49,109 nucleotides of DNA from Guillardia theta CCMP2712 (GCF_000315625.1 NW_005434574.1:138037-187145); one strand, 5' to 3'. Counted from the first letter of the stretch, positions 1 to 12,969 are shown. Notes: a model not told the origin generated them from the sequence alone. Made by a program: numbers and translations.

Positions 1-403
1 AGAGAGAGAGAGGGAGGGAGAGAGAGAGAGAGAGGGAGGGAGGGAGGGAGGGAGGGAGGGAGAGAGAGATTGGGAAGGAGCAGGACGAGAGAGAGAGAGA
101 TCAACATTGTTTGTCATACTTTGCCCTTCAGAGTCTGATGGGATTTCAAGTTCAAGTCGTGAGTTGTTTTCTCTGCAATCACGTCAATCTCGATCGTTTT
201 CATTATGTCACAACATTTCTGACCTGTCAGAGTTAAAGTTTTTTCGATCGGAGTCTGTGATGTCTGCAGATGTATGTCACATGTATGAAATCTTTCCATC
301 ACATGGTCAAATAATCGTATGTCGATCATCTTGCCTGATGGTTCTTTGCCAGCTCTTCCTCTCTCTTCCAGAAGTCCTAAAACAAAAACTTCGTCATTAT
401 CAA

Positions 404-442
404 TATCATCATCTCCATCATCATCATCAACAACAACAACAT

Positions 443-479
<37 letters not shown>

Positions 480-500
480 TCCATCATCGTCATCTCCATC
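404..500. repeat. (CAT)n/(CAA)n microsatellite
   Basis: catcatcat run seen directly. Confidence 0.9.
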
Positions 501-564
501 ATCGCCTAAATCAATCCTGTTTCTGTTCTAATCGTTCTCATCATACGTACAAGCATCAACATCA

Positions 565-1127
565 TCATACCATCTCGTTCTCAATCAAGACTCTTGCCGT
601 CTTGTCGTCTTCGGCGCAGCTCTGCAGTTGTACATGACGCCAGAAAGCAACGGTCGTAGGTGACAGCTCGGCTCCTGCTCTTGCTGCCGCTGCTCCTGTT
701 GCCTCTGCTTTGCTTGCTGCTGGAGCTGGAGCTGGAGCTGGAGCTGGAGCTGCTGCTCCGATGTGTTCTCCTGTGAGCTGTACCGCAGCTTTCTCCTCGT
801 CTCCTCCTTCCTCTGTCCGCCCTGCCTCTTGTTCCCCTTGTTTGTCTTGAAGCGCCTTCACCACTATGGCCGCAGGTGTGGGAGGAGGAGGAGGAGCAGG
901 AGCTGCTGCTTCTGCTGCTGCTGCTGCTGCTTCTTCTTCTTCTGCTGCTGCTGCTGTTCCGCGAGGAGCAGCGGGTGGTTTTGTTTGTTCCTGCTCCTCC
1001 TCTTCTGTGCCAAGGGAGATGAGAGACTTTCCCTTCTCCCCTTCTCGGCTCTTCTCGAATGAAGCAGGAATGTTCCGCAAAGCTTGATGAAGAGGAGGAC
1101 GAGGAGGAAGGCAGGTAGCATGTACAT

Positions 1128-1183
<56 letters not shown>

Positions 1184-2760
1184 GATTCAGGTCGTTGCAT
1201 TCTTTCATGAGAAGCAGGGAGGGCAGTAGGAGCAACTTTGAGGACAACAGGAGCTGATCTAGCATCCTTGCGATCATTTGAAGCCTTTCCTCTCTCTTGC
1301 TCTACCATCTTCATTGTTTTCCTTCCATCCCCTTCTTTCATGCTGATCTTCCTTACATCCTTCTCTTCCTTCGTCTTGCCCCCCACATGGCTGTCAGTTG
1401 CTGATGAGATTGTCTCTTGCCGAATCTCGTCCGAGAACCTCAAGTGTCTCACTTCATTTGCAGGTGAACATCTGAAAACAAAACGATGACGTCATCCAAA
1501 GAACAAACAGGGCAGGAACAAGGTATCGCAAACTGACATTTCTTTGTCGTCGATCTCGTCTTCAGTTCTGCTAGTCTTCAGTTCAGGGGAGAGATACAAA
1601 CATCAACAATACATGTCGTGCCCACCTTTCAAATTCATCCTTCCCCCTCCGCAGAATTTTTCCAAACTGAGTGAACTACGCCACGAGTTGGATCAGGCAG
1701 GAGACTTGAATTCTAAACACAGGTCTTACATGTCCCTTCTTGTCGATGACAATCATCGAAGCTGAAGTCAAGAATACGTGTCAACACATCAAGTCTCGTG
1801 ATCTCGATGTCTACCTCTCTTCTTCACGGACCAGTCTTTCCTCTCTGAAAGTTCCAAGGTGAGAGAGCAGGCGAGGAGGTAGGCGATCAGCAGAAGAGAG
1901 AAGGAGGGGAAGGAAACGAGACAGCGAGAAGATTGAGGAAGGGAAACGAAGGAGGAGTCAAGGAGAAGTCAAGGGCAGGACGTGATTCAAGACAACAGGG
2001 GTCGAGAGGAAAGAAATCGAGCACAAAACTTGAAAACCCCAAGTGAAAATCGAAACATGCAGACGGGACATGAAAACAAGTTCACACGGAGAGCAGAAAC
2101 CGAATCTCGCGCACCTGCTTGTTCGAACTTCAACCAATCTTCATAAGATCGCAACTTCAGCCCATGATCGCATGTCTCGTCGTCATCGCAAGGTGTCACA
2201 TCAATCACGTTCCTCGCAGCCTGTACATCGAGCATGCTGTTGATGAGATGGGAGTGCTTCCTAAGGATCTGCTGCCTGTTGTAGCTCCCGTCGCTCTTGA
2301 TCATCCCATCCTCCTGGTTCAGCTTGCTCAGCAGCAGACAGGCTCTCCTGATCTTGAAGTTCTCATCATCACAGTGCTGCTTCAGAGCCACGTTGATCAT
2401 CCTGAAAACATCCCGCATCCCATTGCAGAATTGCGGACAGTTCCTCGCAGTGAAGACCGTGTTTGCCTTGCTGCCGAACTGTTCGCTCATGTGCATTGCG
2501 TCCTCTCCCAAGAGTCTCCCTCCCAGCTCGGGGTCGAGCTTGAGCGTGAAGACAACAACCATGAACGGGCTGTTGTGTCCAAACACCACCGCGTGCTCTA
2601 CTGCCGGTATAACATCTTGAATCAGACACTCGATGTATCTTGCATCTACTGCATGCCCGGAGGTCAACTTGATCATGCAAGCATCGTCGGGGTTCAGCTC
2701 GACGTGATTCATAACGACCAGCTCTCCTCTCACTCCAAACCCTCCACAACACTTCTGGTC
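565..2760 (-). CDS. Multi-exon protein: degenerate long-chain acyl-CoA synthetase (ACSBG/bubblegum-like) C-terminal domain followed by low-complexity Ala/Glu/Pro-rich region; both ends uncertain
   Basis: ORF 1987..2733 'IKLTSGHAVDARYIECLIQDVIPAVEHAVVFGHNSPFMVVVFTLKLD..FGSKANTV..INVALK..KIRRACLL..EDGMIKSDGSYNRQQILRKHSHLINSM' follows the ACSBG C-terminal pattern (GENIPPxxIE..LPxxSNAMLIGDxxxFLSMLLTLK..GSxAxTV..). AG acceptor at 2761. Joining to the low-complexity ORF 565..1452 is inferred. Confidence 0.55.
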
Positions 2761-3139
2761 CTACAACAGGACGTGGGTCAGAGCAGGAATCACAACAGCT
2801 GTGGTTGCAGGCGCGTATCTATCATGATGGTGCGATAGTGAACTCAGAGTTTCATCTCCTTTCTGTCCCCCTACTTTGCCGTCATCGAGTCTTCCCCTAC
2901 AACTATTTGACCCCGTACGTCCTCACACTCTGTACATTATTTACGTTAACACTCAAAATTTCAGCAGTTACCCGTCCTCTTCCTCGAAACTCTTCCTCTA
3001 TCCTTCCCTCTTGACTCGTTCTTAGTTCCTCTCCCTCCTTCCCTCCCTCGACTTTCCTTCTCTCCCTCCTCCCTCCCTCCTCCCTCCTCCATCGTTATTG
3101 TCGTTTCGCACGCCTCCTTGAAAATTTTCAGTTCTACAG

Positions 3140-3600
3140 CTCGAAGGGTAGGGGTAGGGGACGGTCGCAGATGGGGTGATGATGAGGGGGTACTGGGCTA
3201 TAGTGCTCTGGGGCCCGCCGTATCCGGTAGTCCGCTTCCGAGACGGTCCCGGATCGGACCGGACCCGTCCGATACGGTCAGTGCTCACCGTCACGGTCGC
3301 CCGGCCCGGCGGCCCGGGCCCGGCGGCCGCGCTCCGCGGCTCCGATCGGTCCGGATCATTGTCGGCCCCGGTCACGGTTCAAGCCAAGTCTCCGAGGCTC
3401 ACCGGCGTGCGGCGGTGATCGGACGGACCGAGTGACTGTGAACTGGCACGGTCCGACCCGATCTGACAACGGCAAGCCGCAGTGAGCCTCATCCGAACTG
3501 ACTCACTGGGCTCCGTTCTCCTCCCGGAGCCAAGCCGGGCCCGGCGCTCTCCATAGCGTTGCTTTTCCGGCCGGGCGCTCATAGGCAAAATTGGCAATAT
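3140..3600. promoter_or_regulatory. GC-rich CCGG/GATCGGAC island upstream of the minus-strand gene
   Basis: CpG-dense block (ccggcccggcggcccgggcccggcggccgc); GATCGGAC at 3252 and 3417; similar blocks precede other gene starts. Confidence 0.45.
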
Positions 3601-4128
3601 TTTTTTTTTTTCGAAGGACCTGAGGGGTCCCTTCATTCCATGCCAATTGGGAGTACCCTCCTTTGAGAAGTCATGTGGGAGGGTAGTCGCTCTCATGAAA
3701 ATCGTTGCTGTGCAGGGCCAAAGAGGGGTAGGGTGATTTGAATTTGGTGGCGTGGACACCTCACCACGCCAAACCAATGTAAAAGTACGCATTTTAGGAG
3801 TATCTGTGGTACCAACTTAAAATTGCAGCTCTTACATGGTACAAAATGAGGGCCAAACTGGTCGGAACTTCGACTTCCGAGAACCCCTCCATTTGACTGT
3901 TGTTGGGGGGTGGGGTAGGCATGGAGCACCCTCAACCACCCACCTTTGAAACAATTTGAAACTGTGTAATAGGGGGTGGGGGGTAGCCCCCTTTTCTCAT
4001 TCCCCAAGCCCCCTCTCCCTGGACGAGCAAGAGGCGATGAAATGGTGCCTTCCTGACTCGCGAGGATGAACCTTGATATTGAGAGACTTCGAATCCAACC
4101 CAACTGAGATAGGAATGAGATGAAGATC

Positions 4129-5860
4129 TCATATCACATCTGTAAGAGATGATCGAGCTTCTTTCTCAACTCTGCAGGTTGGGCCAAGGTTTGAATCATC
4201 CAGCGTGTAATGTAATATGTGCCCTTGGTTCATACAATCCGCGAGTGTACTTGCAAATATGCTTCGAAGACATGATGACATTTTTATGAACAGGTAAGGA
4301 ACTAATAATGGATACACCATTGAACAGAATCAACTCTGATTGACCCTTCTTTCAAATTGCAGTGCGTTGCACGTTGCGCTCAAATGCATGATTTGTGAGA
4401 AATTTGTATTCAACTGTACCTTGAGCGACTTTTCTGTCTAACAATATGTTCTCATGTCATCGCTCACTTTCAATTCTTCTAGTCTTACGGTCAGGATTCA
4501 TGCACTTCACTTTTCTACAGAGGACAGGCTCACACGCACTCAACAGTTCAACGGTGCATGAAGAGACGTTTGCAAAAAGGATGACTTCACCTGCTCGCAT
4601 AGATTACTGTAGAGAATTGTTGTTGATCATGAATCACTATATCCATGATCAAGTGCATTGACCATTGCATTTCCATGTTTCATGACGTAGGATGATTTTT
4701 CTGCACTTGGATTTCTTCCTCAGTCATGATGTTTCCACAACGCTTCAGAAACCTAGTCAGAAATGAAACAATGTGCAGATAAATTTGAGCATCAATAAAA
4801 ATAAATGAGATGTTCTTCGAATCAATCCTGCCTTGTTTTGACGGTTCGCAATGCTGCCGTGCAGTTGTAGAGTTCTTGTCGCATGTGGCACTACAGAGGA
4901 GTGCCTTGTTCAACAGAACAAGCACTCGGTGATTGTAAAAGGATCACAAACGCTGTGAATCAATAAATAGAATTCCACATCCAGGGTATCACATCTTTAT
5001 TAGAAGAGTTTCAATCAGGGTAAAAGCACAACCGACCTCCTTGTAATCAAGAACACGTTCCATCTTTTGCCTTGCGAAGGTGTATCTATGTGAACCAAGA
5101 AGCATGTGACATGTGGCCACATCATACATGCTCTACGGCCTGGAATATTGGCATCTTCAAAAGTGCTCATGTTTGCGTTGAGATCATCTGCTTGGCAGCG
5201 GCTCATTGATGAACAAAATCCGATGCAAGTTCACACCAGTAATATTCACATGATGCATCATGTGATGAAATGACCTAGGCCTTGGTGATTTGCAAAATGT
5301 TTCATCGTTCAAACACGTCCTTGAAAATCAGATGAAGAATCCTTCACGAACCACGGGACTTGCTTGTCCGACATCATTCGACAGCACTGCGGATCATGGT
5401 TGTTTCAAGCAGTCGAGCAGCTCACTGCTAAAATGCACCGTGCATTATTTATTGGCATCTTCTTGCGAGACTATCAGACATAGTCGTGCAGATATGTGTT
5501 CTTGAGCTCACAGGTGACCGTACAGCTTTTGAACAATCCAGTCACCATCTGATGATGATTCCCTGTCGTCTTGTGTGTAACCTCCATCCATTTACTCCAA
5601 CTCAGTTTCCCTGTCATGCATCACAGATAGCTTAGGGTATTTTACGCTTTGGTTTCGATTGCAATGTAACCCTGTGATGGTGTTTTCACTTGTATTATTC
5701 ATGCTCTTCGCTTACCAAACGATTTTTCGTGAGATTCACGAGCTCTACCAAGCACTCCTCAAGGATCATCATCTCTACACCTCAGGAATTTCCCATGAGT
5801 ATGTTCGGTGAACATCTGACATCTGCACACGCTGCCGCGGGCTTGCTGTTTGCGAGCCAT
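4129..5860 (-). other. Possible multi-exon hypothetical gene (AT-richer region)
   Basis: Short minus-strand ORFs (4129..4320, 4680..4925, 5015..5206) with GT..AG-like boundaries, downstream of an island at ~5860-6500. No family recognised. Confidence 0.2.
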
Positions 5861-6851
5861 CGTTAGGGCAGTACAGAGCGGTGCGACGTGCCCCGTGCAA
5901 GGGGAGGCTCATGGCGTGTAGGGGGAGTTTCAAACTTGTTTATAAATTTGTACCACAAGAAGGCTTTACAACTAAGTTGGTAGACTACCCCACGATCTGA
6001 CTGTAACTTGTGGGGTGTAGCCCTACTTCTCTGTTTATACTCAACCATTACACAATACAGTCTAAAATATCTTATTGGAAAACAAAATGAGAATTATAAA
6101 GCTGAATTCGAACCCTATTTCAGATTCTCAAACACGCCACCCCCAAATCTACCTAGAAAGCAGAACAACCCCCCCACGGGAAAGCATACAGCCCAAAACA
6201 GACCAATCAAAATGTCAGGTCCGGCGGCCCGCTGCCACCGATTACAATCATCCGTCACGGTTCTCGTTCTGATTGATTTAACTTAACTCAAGTTTGAGTA
6301 AACTTTAATGAGACTCTGATGTCGCCACCCGGTGATCTTTACTCGGGGACTCGGTCCCGGCAGGATTAGTATGAGGCTAGTACTACTACTACGGTAGGCT
6401 ACGGAGCTTTCCCAGACGACAGTGGCTGGCGGGCCTAGTGAGTCTTTGCTGTCCCCAGGATTTACTATGTGGAAATTTTAGTCACTGAGTTGACTGAAGG
6501 AATTTGGAATTCGGCGGCCGCCATGGGGAGACAAGCGACCTGAGGGAGGGAGGGAGGTGTACGGAGGATGCGAGGAGGGGTCAGTTGAAGAGTACGACAG
6601 ATATCAGAAGAAGCTGATGAGCATGCATCGCTCTCTTCGATGACGTGCACCCGTAGATCTTTGCAACCTTGAGTCCTTTGCGCTGGAAGGAGCCGATAGT
6701 CCATGTTGACGAAGAGTTCGATCACTTGTGTTCTGTTGGCTCCTTATGAGTTCATGTCAGAGGGCATGTTGGAACTACATTGCTGCTTCATGTCGTTGCC
6801 TGACTTTTTCTTGCGTCTCTCTGTTTGTTTGCAGGAGTTAGCTGGAGAACG

Positions 6852-9555
6852 ATGGGGCGTATTCACCCAATCCTCCTCCTCTTCCCCTTCCTCTGGCAAA
6901 CTGGGGACGGGACGAGAAGCTTCCTCCATGCTGCGGCTTTCTCTCCCGCTCCTTCTCTCCTTCCCTTCCCCCAGGCTCTCCATGGGCATCCTCGCAGCAT
7001 CATCCGTCATGTCGCCAGCCATTCGTGCAGGGTGCCACCTCCTCCCTTAGCAGTTCAGATGGGGCTGAAGCTTCAGTCAGAGCAGAAGGAGGCGCTGAAG
7101 CATAGCAGGTGGTGGGATCCTATCTGGAGATGGGAGCAGATCGAGCAGCTCAAGGACCCGGAGAAGCAGTTTGACAAGGAGGCCCTGGAGATGGCGGCGA
7201 TGCTGGGCATCGAGGTGGAGGAGTACGTAAGGAGTATGAGCGGGACGGCGAAGGTATCGCTGTCCTCCTCCGCCTACGACGCCATGCTGGTCATGTGCGT
7301 GAGAGCAGCGCAGTCCGGGGACCTGCTGGGGATGGTGCATGCGAAGGAGGTGCTGTCAAAGATGGAGCAGGTGGGAATCAGTCCAGACGTGGACTTGTAC
7401 AACCAGGTGCTGTCAGCTTGCTCAGCAGCAGCTGGAGGGGTGATGAGACCTTGCCCGGTGAGGAACGACACAGAGGAGAGGAGAGACTTCATCGACATGG
7501 CAGTGAAGGTCGTGTCCTACAGTGGGGGCAAGGTGGACAGTACGGAGTTCGCGAGCCGATGGAGGACGATGTTCCCAAATGCGTCTATCCACAACTACAC
7601 GTACACTGATGGGAAGAAGCAGTCGACGTGGAAGGCACTTGCACAGTCTGCAAGGTTTGAGGTGGAAGATGGAGAGGAGGGCAAGAAGGTGATCGTGCTG
7701 AGGAGGAAGGATGGTAAGGACAGAAAGAAGTCCACAACTACCATCTCCTCCTCCTCCTCCTCCTCCTCCTCCTCCTCCTCCTCAAGGAATCCATGGATCC
7801 AGGTCGGACTGGATTTCCTAGGGAGCATGAGGAGGAACAAGGTTGAGCCGAACGAGCAGACTTACAACATCCTTATCAGCATGTGCGCGAGAGCAGCGAA
7901 GGAGGGCGATGACGAGATGATTGACCAGTCGTTCAGATTGTTCGATGAGATGAAGAAGCGAGGTCTTCCTGTAAACCAGCAAACGCTCAATGCTCTGATC
8001 AACGTCTGCGCAAAGTCGAACAATCTGGATCGTATGAGGGAGGTCGAGAAGGAGTATGAGACGGGAAGCTTCACTCCTGACGTGTTTGTCTTCTCGGCAA
8101 GGATGAAAGCTGCGAGAAGTTGTCAGGGAGTTATGGAGGTGTTGGAGGAGATGAAGAAGTTTGGCGTCAGTCCAAACCTCGCAAGTCTCAACACAGCTCT
8201 GGTTGCAATCCATTCTCTGCAGGGAGGAGGAGAAGGTTTGAAGTGTGCGAGGGTCGTGATGGAGCAGATGAGCAGTCTGAACTTACAGCCTGACGCGTCA
8301 ACGTACACAACCTTCCTGTCCATCATGGCGGGAGCTGCGAAGAAGGAGGAGGATGGGGAGAAATTTGCAAAGGAGGCGATCGAGATGTTTGGGAGCATCA
8401 AAAAATCCAAGGCTGTGAAGCTTGACGTGCGCATGTACACGACAGTCTTCCATGCTCTCATCGGAATCGGACTGCAGAAGCACGTGTTCAATGAAGAGAT
8501 GAGAGGAGCCAACATGAGCAAGTTTGCACTGAAGCACTTGATGAGCATGAAACAAGATCAGGTCTCCCCTGACCGCCGGGCGTTTCATGCTTGCCTGTCC
8601 GCCATGGCTCTAGCCGCCAAGTTAGGAGGGAAGGAGACGATTGGTCATGGTAAGATGTGTAAAGAGAATGGCGGGAGGAGCGATCAACTGTGATTGAAAA
8701 GTTGTGGCTCCTTGAGACGATGTTGCTGAAGATGATGCCTACAAATGTTTTCTCGTGTCACTGTGAAGATAATCTTGTGGAGGTTTCGAAAGATTCTTAT
8801 GTCTGAATGATCTCGTCGATTCTAAAAATGGCTTCATCACTGTCATGTGACATCTATATGCAGTGAACGAGGTCTGGAAGATGATGGAGAAGGTGATTCA
8901 AGTGCAATCACGATTGAGAAGAACAAACTGACGATGAAAACTCTTTCCTCTCTATTGTTCTTAAACAGTCAAGAACTCCTTTTGACCTGGCATGCTACAA
9001 AACTCTCATGGAGGCGTACTCGAACGCTATTTGTGCAAGGTCCGATGTTTCCTTGCTGTAGAATCTCTTCCTCTCTGATAGAACGATGCAGGAATGGATC
9101 TGTTTATGTCTTGGAGGCAGAGAAGGTGGGATTGAAGAATTCCCCTCCTCTCCTCTCCTCTCCTCTCCTCTCCTCTCCTCTCCTCTCCTCTCCTCTCCTC
9201 TCCTCTCCTCTCCTCTCCTCTCCTCTCCTCTCCTCTCCTCTCCTCTCCTCTCCACTCCTCCTCTCCTCCTCTCCCCTTCCTTCGCCTAATGCCTTATTCA
9301 GGTCCTGGACAGGATGAGAACCGGGGGTCGCATGCCGGACTTTCAGTCCTACATGACAGTCTTGAAGTACATCTCAACAAGAAGCAGAGAGATGCTGAAG
9401 ATGTTTGTTCAGGGCATATGAGAATTCTGCTGTGAGAGGAGGAAAAGTTGTCGACTACCATAGACGTGCCCTCGGACTTGTTGTTCGGATGCAGAGGGAG
9501 ATGGTCAAGTGAGTAGTTTTGAATGATGATAATGACGATGAAGACGATGATGATA

Positions 9556-9607
<52 letters not shown>

Positions 9608-9653
9608 TGATAAGGATGATGAAGACGATGATGATGATGATATGATAATGGGG

Positions 9654-9731
<78 letters not shown>

Positions 9732-10696
9732 GTTTATGTTTGTTTGTTGTTTGTTATTGTTTGTTGTTGCTACGGCTGATGATGATGATGGAGATAACGA
9801 TGTTGATGACGACGACGACGACTGGAATGATTGGCGTACAACAAGATAACAACATGTTTTTCCCAGATCCAACCGGACGAAGAGACTTTCGCCAATCTTC
9901 TTCAATGTGCCCTAACAACTGCGGAGGTCAAAATCATTGAGAAATTGATGGAGAAAGCAGTAAGTTGTTGTTTATCTTTGGTTTGACACAAGACTGGTTC
10001 TTTCTCGATCGTATCTCATCAACCTATCCCTTTCTTGTTCGGTTTTCGTCTTTGGTGCATTTCCTCTATCCCTGTTCTTATTTCCTGTCTATTCCTGTGC
10101 ATCTTCACGATCGTTCCAATTTCTTGTTATTTTTCTATGATTCTTCCCCTTTTTGTCCATCTTCCGTCAGCTCACTGGTCATGAAAGGGGGTCGAGAAAA
10201 CAGGCGTAATCTGCACATCTTGCATCGACACATTGTCAAGAAATCCGATTCAAGAAGACATTGAGCATGTGAGTCCGTTTCAACCTTCGACGCCTCTTCT
10301 TCTTTTGTTGTTACAATCGTTTCAAGTTGTCACAATACTCTCAAACCCACATATCAATATTCCTCCGAATATTGACATTCCATGACATGGTCATAATTCT
10401 ACACATTTTCATATTCCTTCTGATGTTTGAATGCCTTCACATGTTGAAATCTTCTCTCTTCAGGTCTCGCAAACCATCGAAGAGGCCAGGAAAAGAACAT
10501 AGTAACTTCGAACATGATGATGGCTGTCTTCGTAAGCTCCTCGTCCTTCTTCTCTGCCTCGTACCCTGCCGTCTTTTCGTACCTTGTCTTTGTTTCATGC
10601 AGTCTCCTGCTAACTCCTCTACCTCCTGCTCCTCCTGCTAACTCCTCTACCTCCTGCTCCTGCTCCTCTCCTGCTCCTGCTCCCGCTCCTGCTCCC

Positions 10697-10745
<49 letters not shown>

Positions 10746-11428
10746 ATCCTTCTCTTCCTCTCCTCTGCCTCTGACCGTCACTTCAGGACTTCTACAAGGC
10801 TGCGAGAATGAGCGAGGAGGCGCTGAAATTTCTGCAGCAAGCAAAGGAAGATAAAATTCCGCTGAACAAGTTCGTTCTTTCTGCTGCCCTAAAGGTTGCT
10901 TCTTACTCTCTGCTCTTCTCTCCTGGTCTCCTTATCTTCTGTCCTGTCCTGTCCTCTTCTCTCCCCTCCCCTCCCCTCGTCTCCTCCCCTCTCCTCCCCT
11001 CTCCTCTCCTCTCCTCCTGCCCCGTCCTCTCCTCCGTCTCTCGTCCTCGTCTCCTTCACTCTTCTCTTTCCATCCTACCTTTAATCCTCCGCTTTGCCCT
11101 CCATCTCCCCCCCTGCTACTCTGTGGCTCCCCGCCTCCTCCCCCCTCCACAGCTTGTACCTCTTTCTCCTGTCTCGTTCCGTCTTCTCTACTTCTGCTCC
11201 TCACTCCCATCATCGTTCTCCCCACCTTATCAGTTGACTTCCTCCACACAGGCTGCAGTGAGAGCGAGAGACAAAGAGGCTTCGGAAACAATCATTACGG
11301 TAAGACATCCAATCATCACAACTACGAGCTAATGTCGTGCTCTTCAGGACCTTGAAACGAATCACCAACCACTTGGAGATCTTGTACGAGCACAGATAGA
11401 TCATGTGAGAAAAGTTTTCTCAACATAA
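6852..11428 (+). CDS. Pentatricopeptide-repeat (PPR) protein, probably plastid-targeted, multi-exon
   Basis: ATG 6852; large exon to 8649 with P-type PPR motifs (SPDVDLYNQVLSAC, EPNEQTYNILISMCA, VNQQTLNALINVCAK, TPDVFVFSARMKA, SPNLASLNTAL, QPDASTYTTFLS, SPDRRAFHACLSA). Small exons continue the motifs (FDLACYKTLMEAY, MPDFQSYMTVL, PLNKFVLSAALK) to TAA 11426-11428. N-terminus is hydrophobic, then AAAFSPAP. Confidence 0.88.
9143..9275. repeat. (CTCCT)n pentanucleotide microsatellite, intronic
   Basis: seen directly. Confidence 0.95.
9523..9732. repeat. Compound (GAT/GAC)n then (GTT)n microsatellite, intronic
   Basis: seen directly. Confidence 0.95.
10625..10745. repeat. (CCTGCT)n hexamer microsatellite, intronic
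   Basis: seen directly; same unit at ~1128-1182 (coding), ~36655-36725 and ~39412-39440. Confidence 0.9.
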
Positions 11429-11611
11429 ACCCAAAGCAGCAAGAACAACATCATTGTTTCCTGTAGCTCTTCCCTTCCTTCAGTTCCCTCCCAATATCCC
11501 TTATGAAGATCCGTCATTGTCCTTCTGATCTCCTTTCTCTTGCCTTTCTCTCGCCCCTCCTCACTCCCTTCCCCTCTCACTTCCTCCCTCCCCCCGCTCG
11601 CCCGATCCCAC

Positions 11612-12270
11612 TCACATTGTCCGATCAGCGCAAGCCTTGCTCCCTCTTCCTCCTCTTCCTCCGATCAGCGCAAGCCTTGCTTCCTCTTCCTCCTCGACCT
11701 TCCTGTAGTTCCCCGGCCTTTGAACTGTCAAGCAAGCTCTCAGCTTCTGCCCCAAACCCTCGCTCTCCCTCGCTCTTCCTCGCTCTTCCTCTCTCCTGCT
11801 GTCGCCTACACGAGCTTGCTCTGCGCTGTCTAGCACGCCTTCCGCTCGCGGGAGCTGCTGTGACGCCCTGACATGATCGACACACGGGGGCAGGGGAGGG
11901 GGAGGCAGCGGGTAGACAGCAGCAAGCATGTTCTCCTTGCTAGCAAGCATGTACTCCTTGCTAGCAAGCATGTACTCCTTGCTAGCAAGCATGTACTCCT
12001 TGCTAGCAAGCATGTACTCCTTACTAGGCTCTCGATCTGGTCCGCCTTGACCGTACGGAAGAGCGAGACTATGTCGATCTTGTTCTCCGTGCTTGTCTCT
12101 CCTCTCCTCGCTCCACTTATGGGGTTTCCTGGCCTCCAGGGCGGGAGGGCGTGTCGCCGCCATGGAGCAGGATGAGTCGCAGGGGGTGCAGGTCGAGCCG
12201 GGCCCCCGGGGGCTGGCTAGGATGCTCGCCATGCTCGGCGCGGCGGAGTCGCGTTCTGCGGCTCTCCCAT
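11612..12270 (-). CDS. Hypothetical small spliced gene (frame uncertain)
   Basis: Lies just downstream of a GC island (12300-12470). GTAAGG donor near 12024 and CAG acceptor near 11868 bracket the 21-bp repeat. No family recognised. Confidence 0.25.
11921..12025. repeat. 5 x 21-bp tandem minisatellite (agcaagcatgtactccttgct)
   Basis: Copies start at 11921, 11942, 11963, 11984 and 12005, near-identical, with no spacers. Confidence 0.95.
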
Positions 12271-12969
12271 GCGTTGGCAGTCGCTGACTTGAGGCGGCGG
12301 CTGCAACCGTACGATCGGCTGTAACTACGATAGTTACGGTATCACCATAGGCTGCTAGTACTAGGTGACCTGCTACTATCCCAAGGTCCTAGGGCCGCTC
12401 CCTGCCCGCCGCCCACCCCGGCCCGGGGCCCCGGGGCCTCGGGCGGCCGGGATCCTCGGAGTGCACTCGTTGAAGGTTTGACTTGAGTTGACTAATATCT
12501 TTACTCACTTAGTTAGGTGGGAAGAAAGCACCCCTACCTCCTCACCTGTAAGGCCCGGTAACACCCCCACCCCTTCGATCATAGCACACAACCCCATCCC
12601 GCACCCACCCATGCCCCCCTTTACAACTACCCTACCCCCTTTCGTAAAAGTTCTTTTTAGCAAGGAATTCCTTGAGGACGGGTAGTTGGGGTGGCTTTAG
12701 GATGGGTGGTAGGGGTGGTGAATCTCCGAGCTAAACAGTTGGAATGCGGCCGCTAATATAATGCGGCTAGTGCCCAGCGGCAAGTGCCCAGCTGATACCT
12801 ACAAGACAACCAGTGCGACTAGTGTTTGTATGGTGACGATGATGTAGTATTGGTATGACAATGAAGTGTTTACAGTATGCTGATGATGTATTGTTTGATT
12901 TGTTTGTGCACTGCCTTGCAGTGAAGAGAAAAGAATAAAGATACCATAGATGGACGATATTATATGAGA

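Noticed and set aside
1-100. (AG)n/(GGGA)n start as a telomere or nucleomorph telomere
   Set aside because: Irregular and of the same type as intronic GA-rich tracts elsewhere; surrounding DNA is ordinary nuclear gene space.
3022-3792. Pro/Gly/Arg-rich ORFs in GC islands (also 14336-14749, 24385-24648, 42035-42226)
   Set aside because: Open in several frames on both strands because of GC content; no family motifs.
8847-9940. Poly-Q, poly-D, poly-L and (SSPLL)n ORFs
   Set aside because: Translations of intronic microsatellites in the PPR gene; the same applies to ORFs at 107..637, 16188..16626 and 37834..38223.
11921-12025. 21-bp repeat as a CRISPR array
   Set aside because: Head-to-tail copies with no unique spacers, no cas genes, eukaryotic context.
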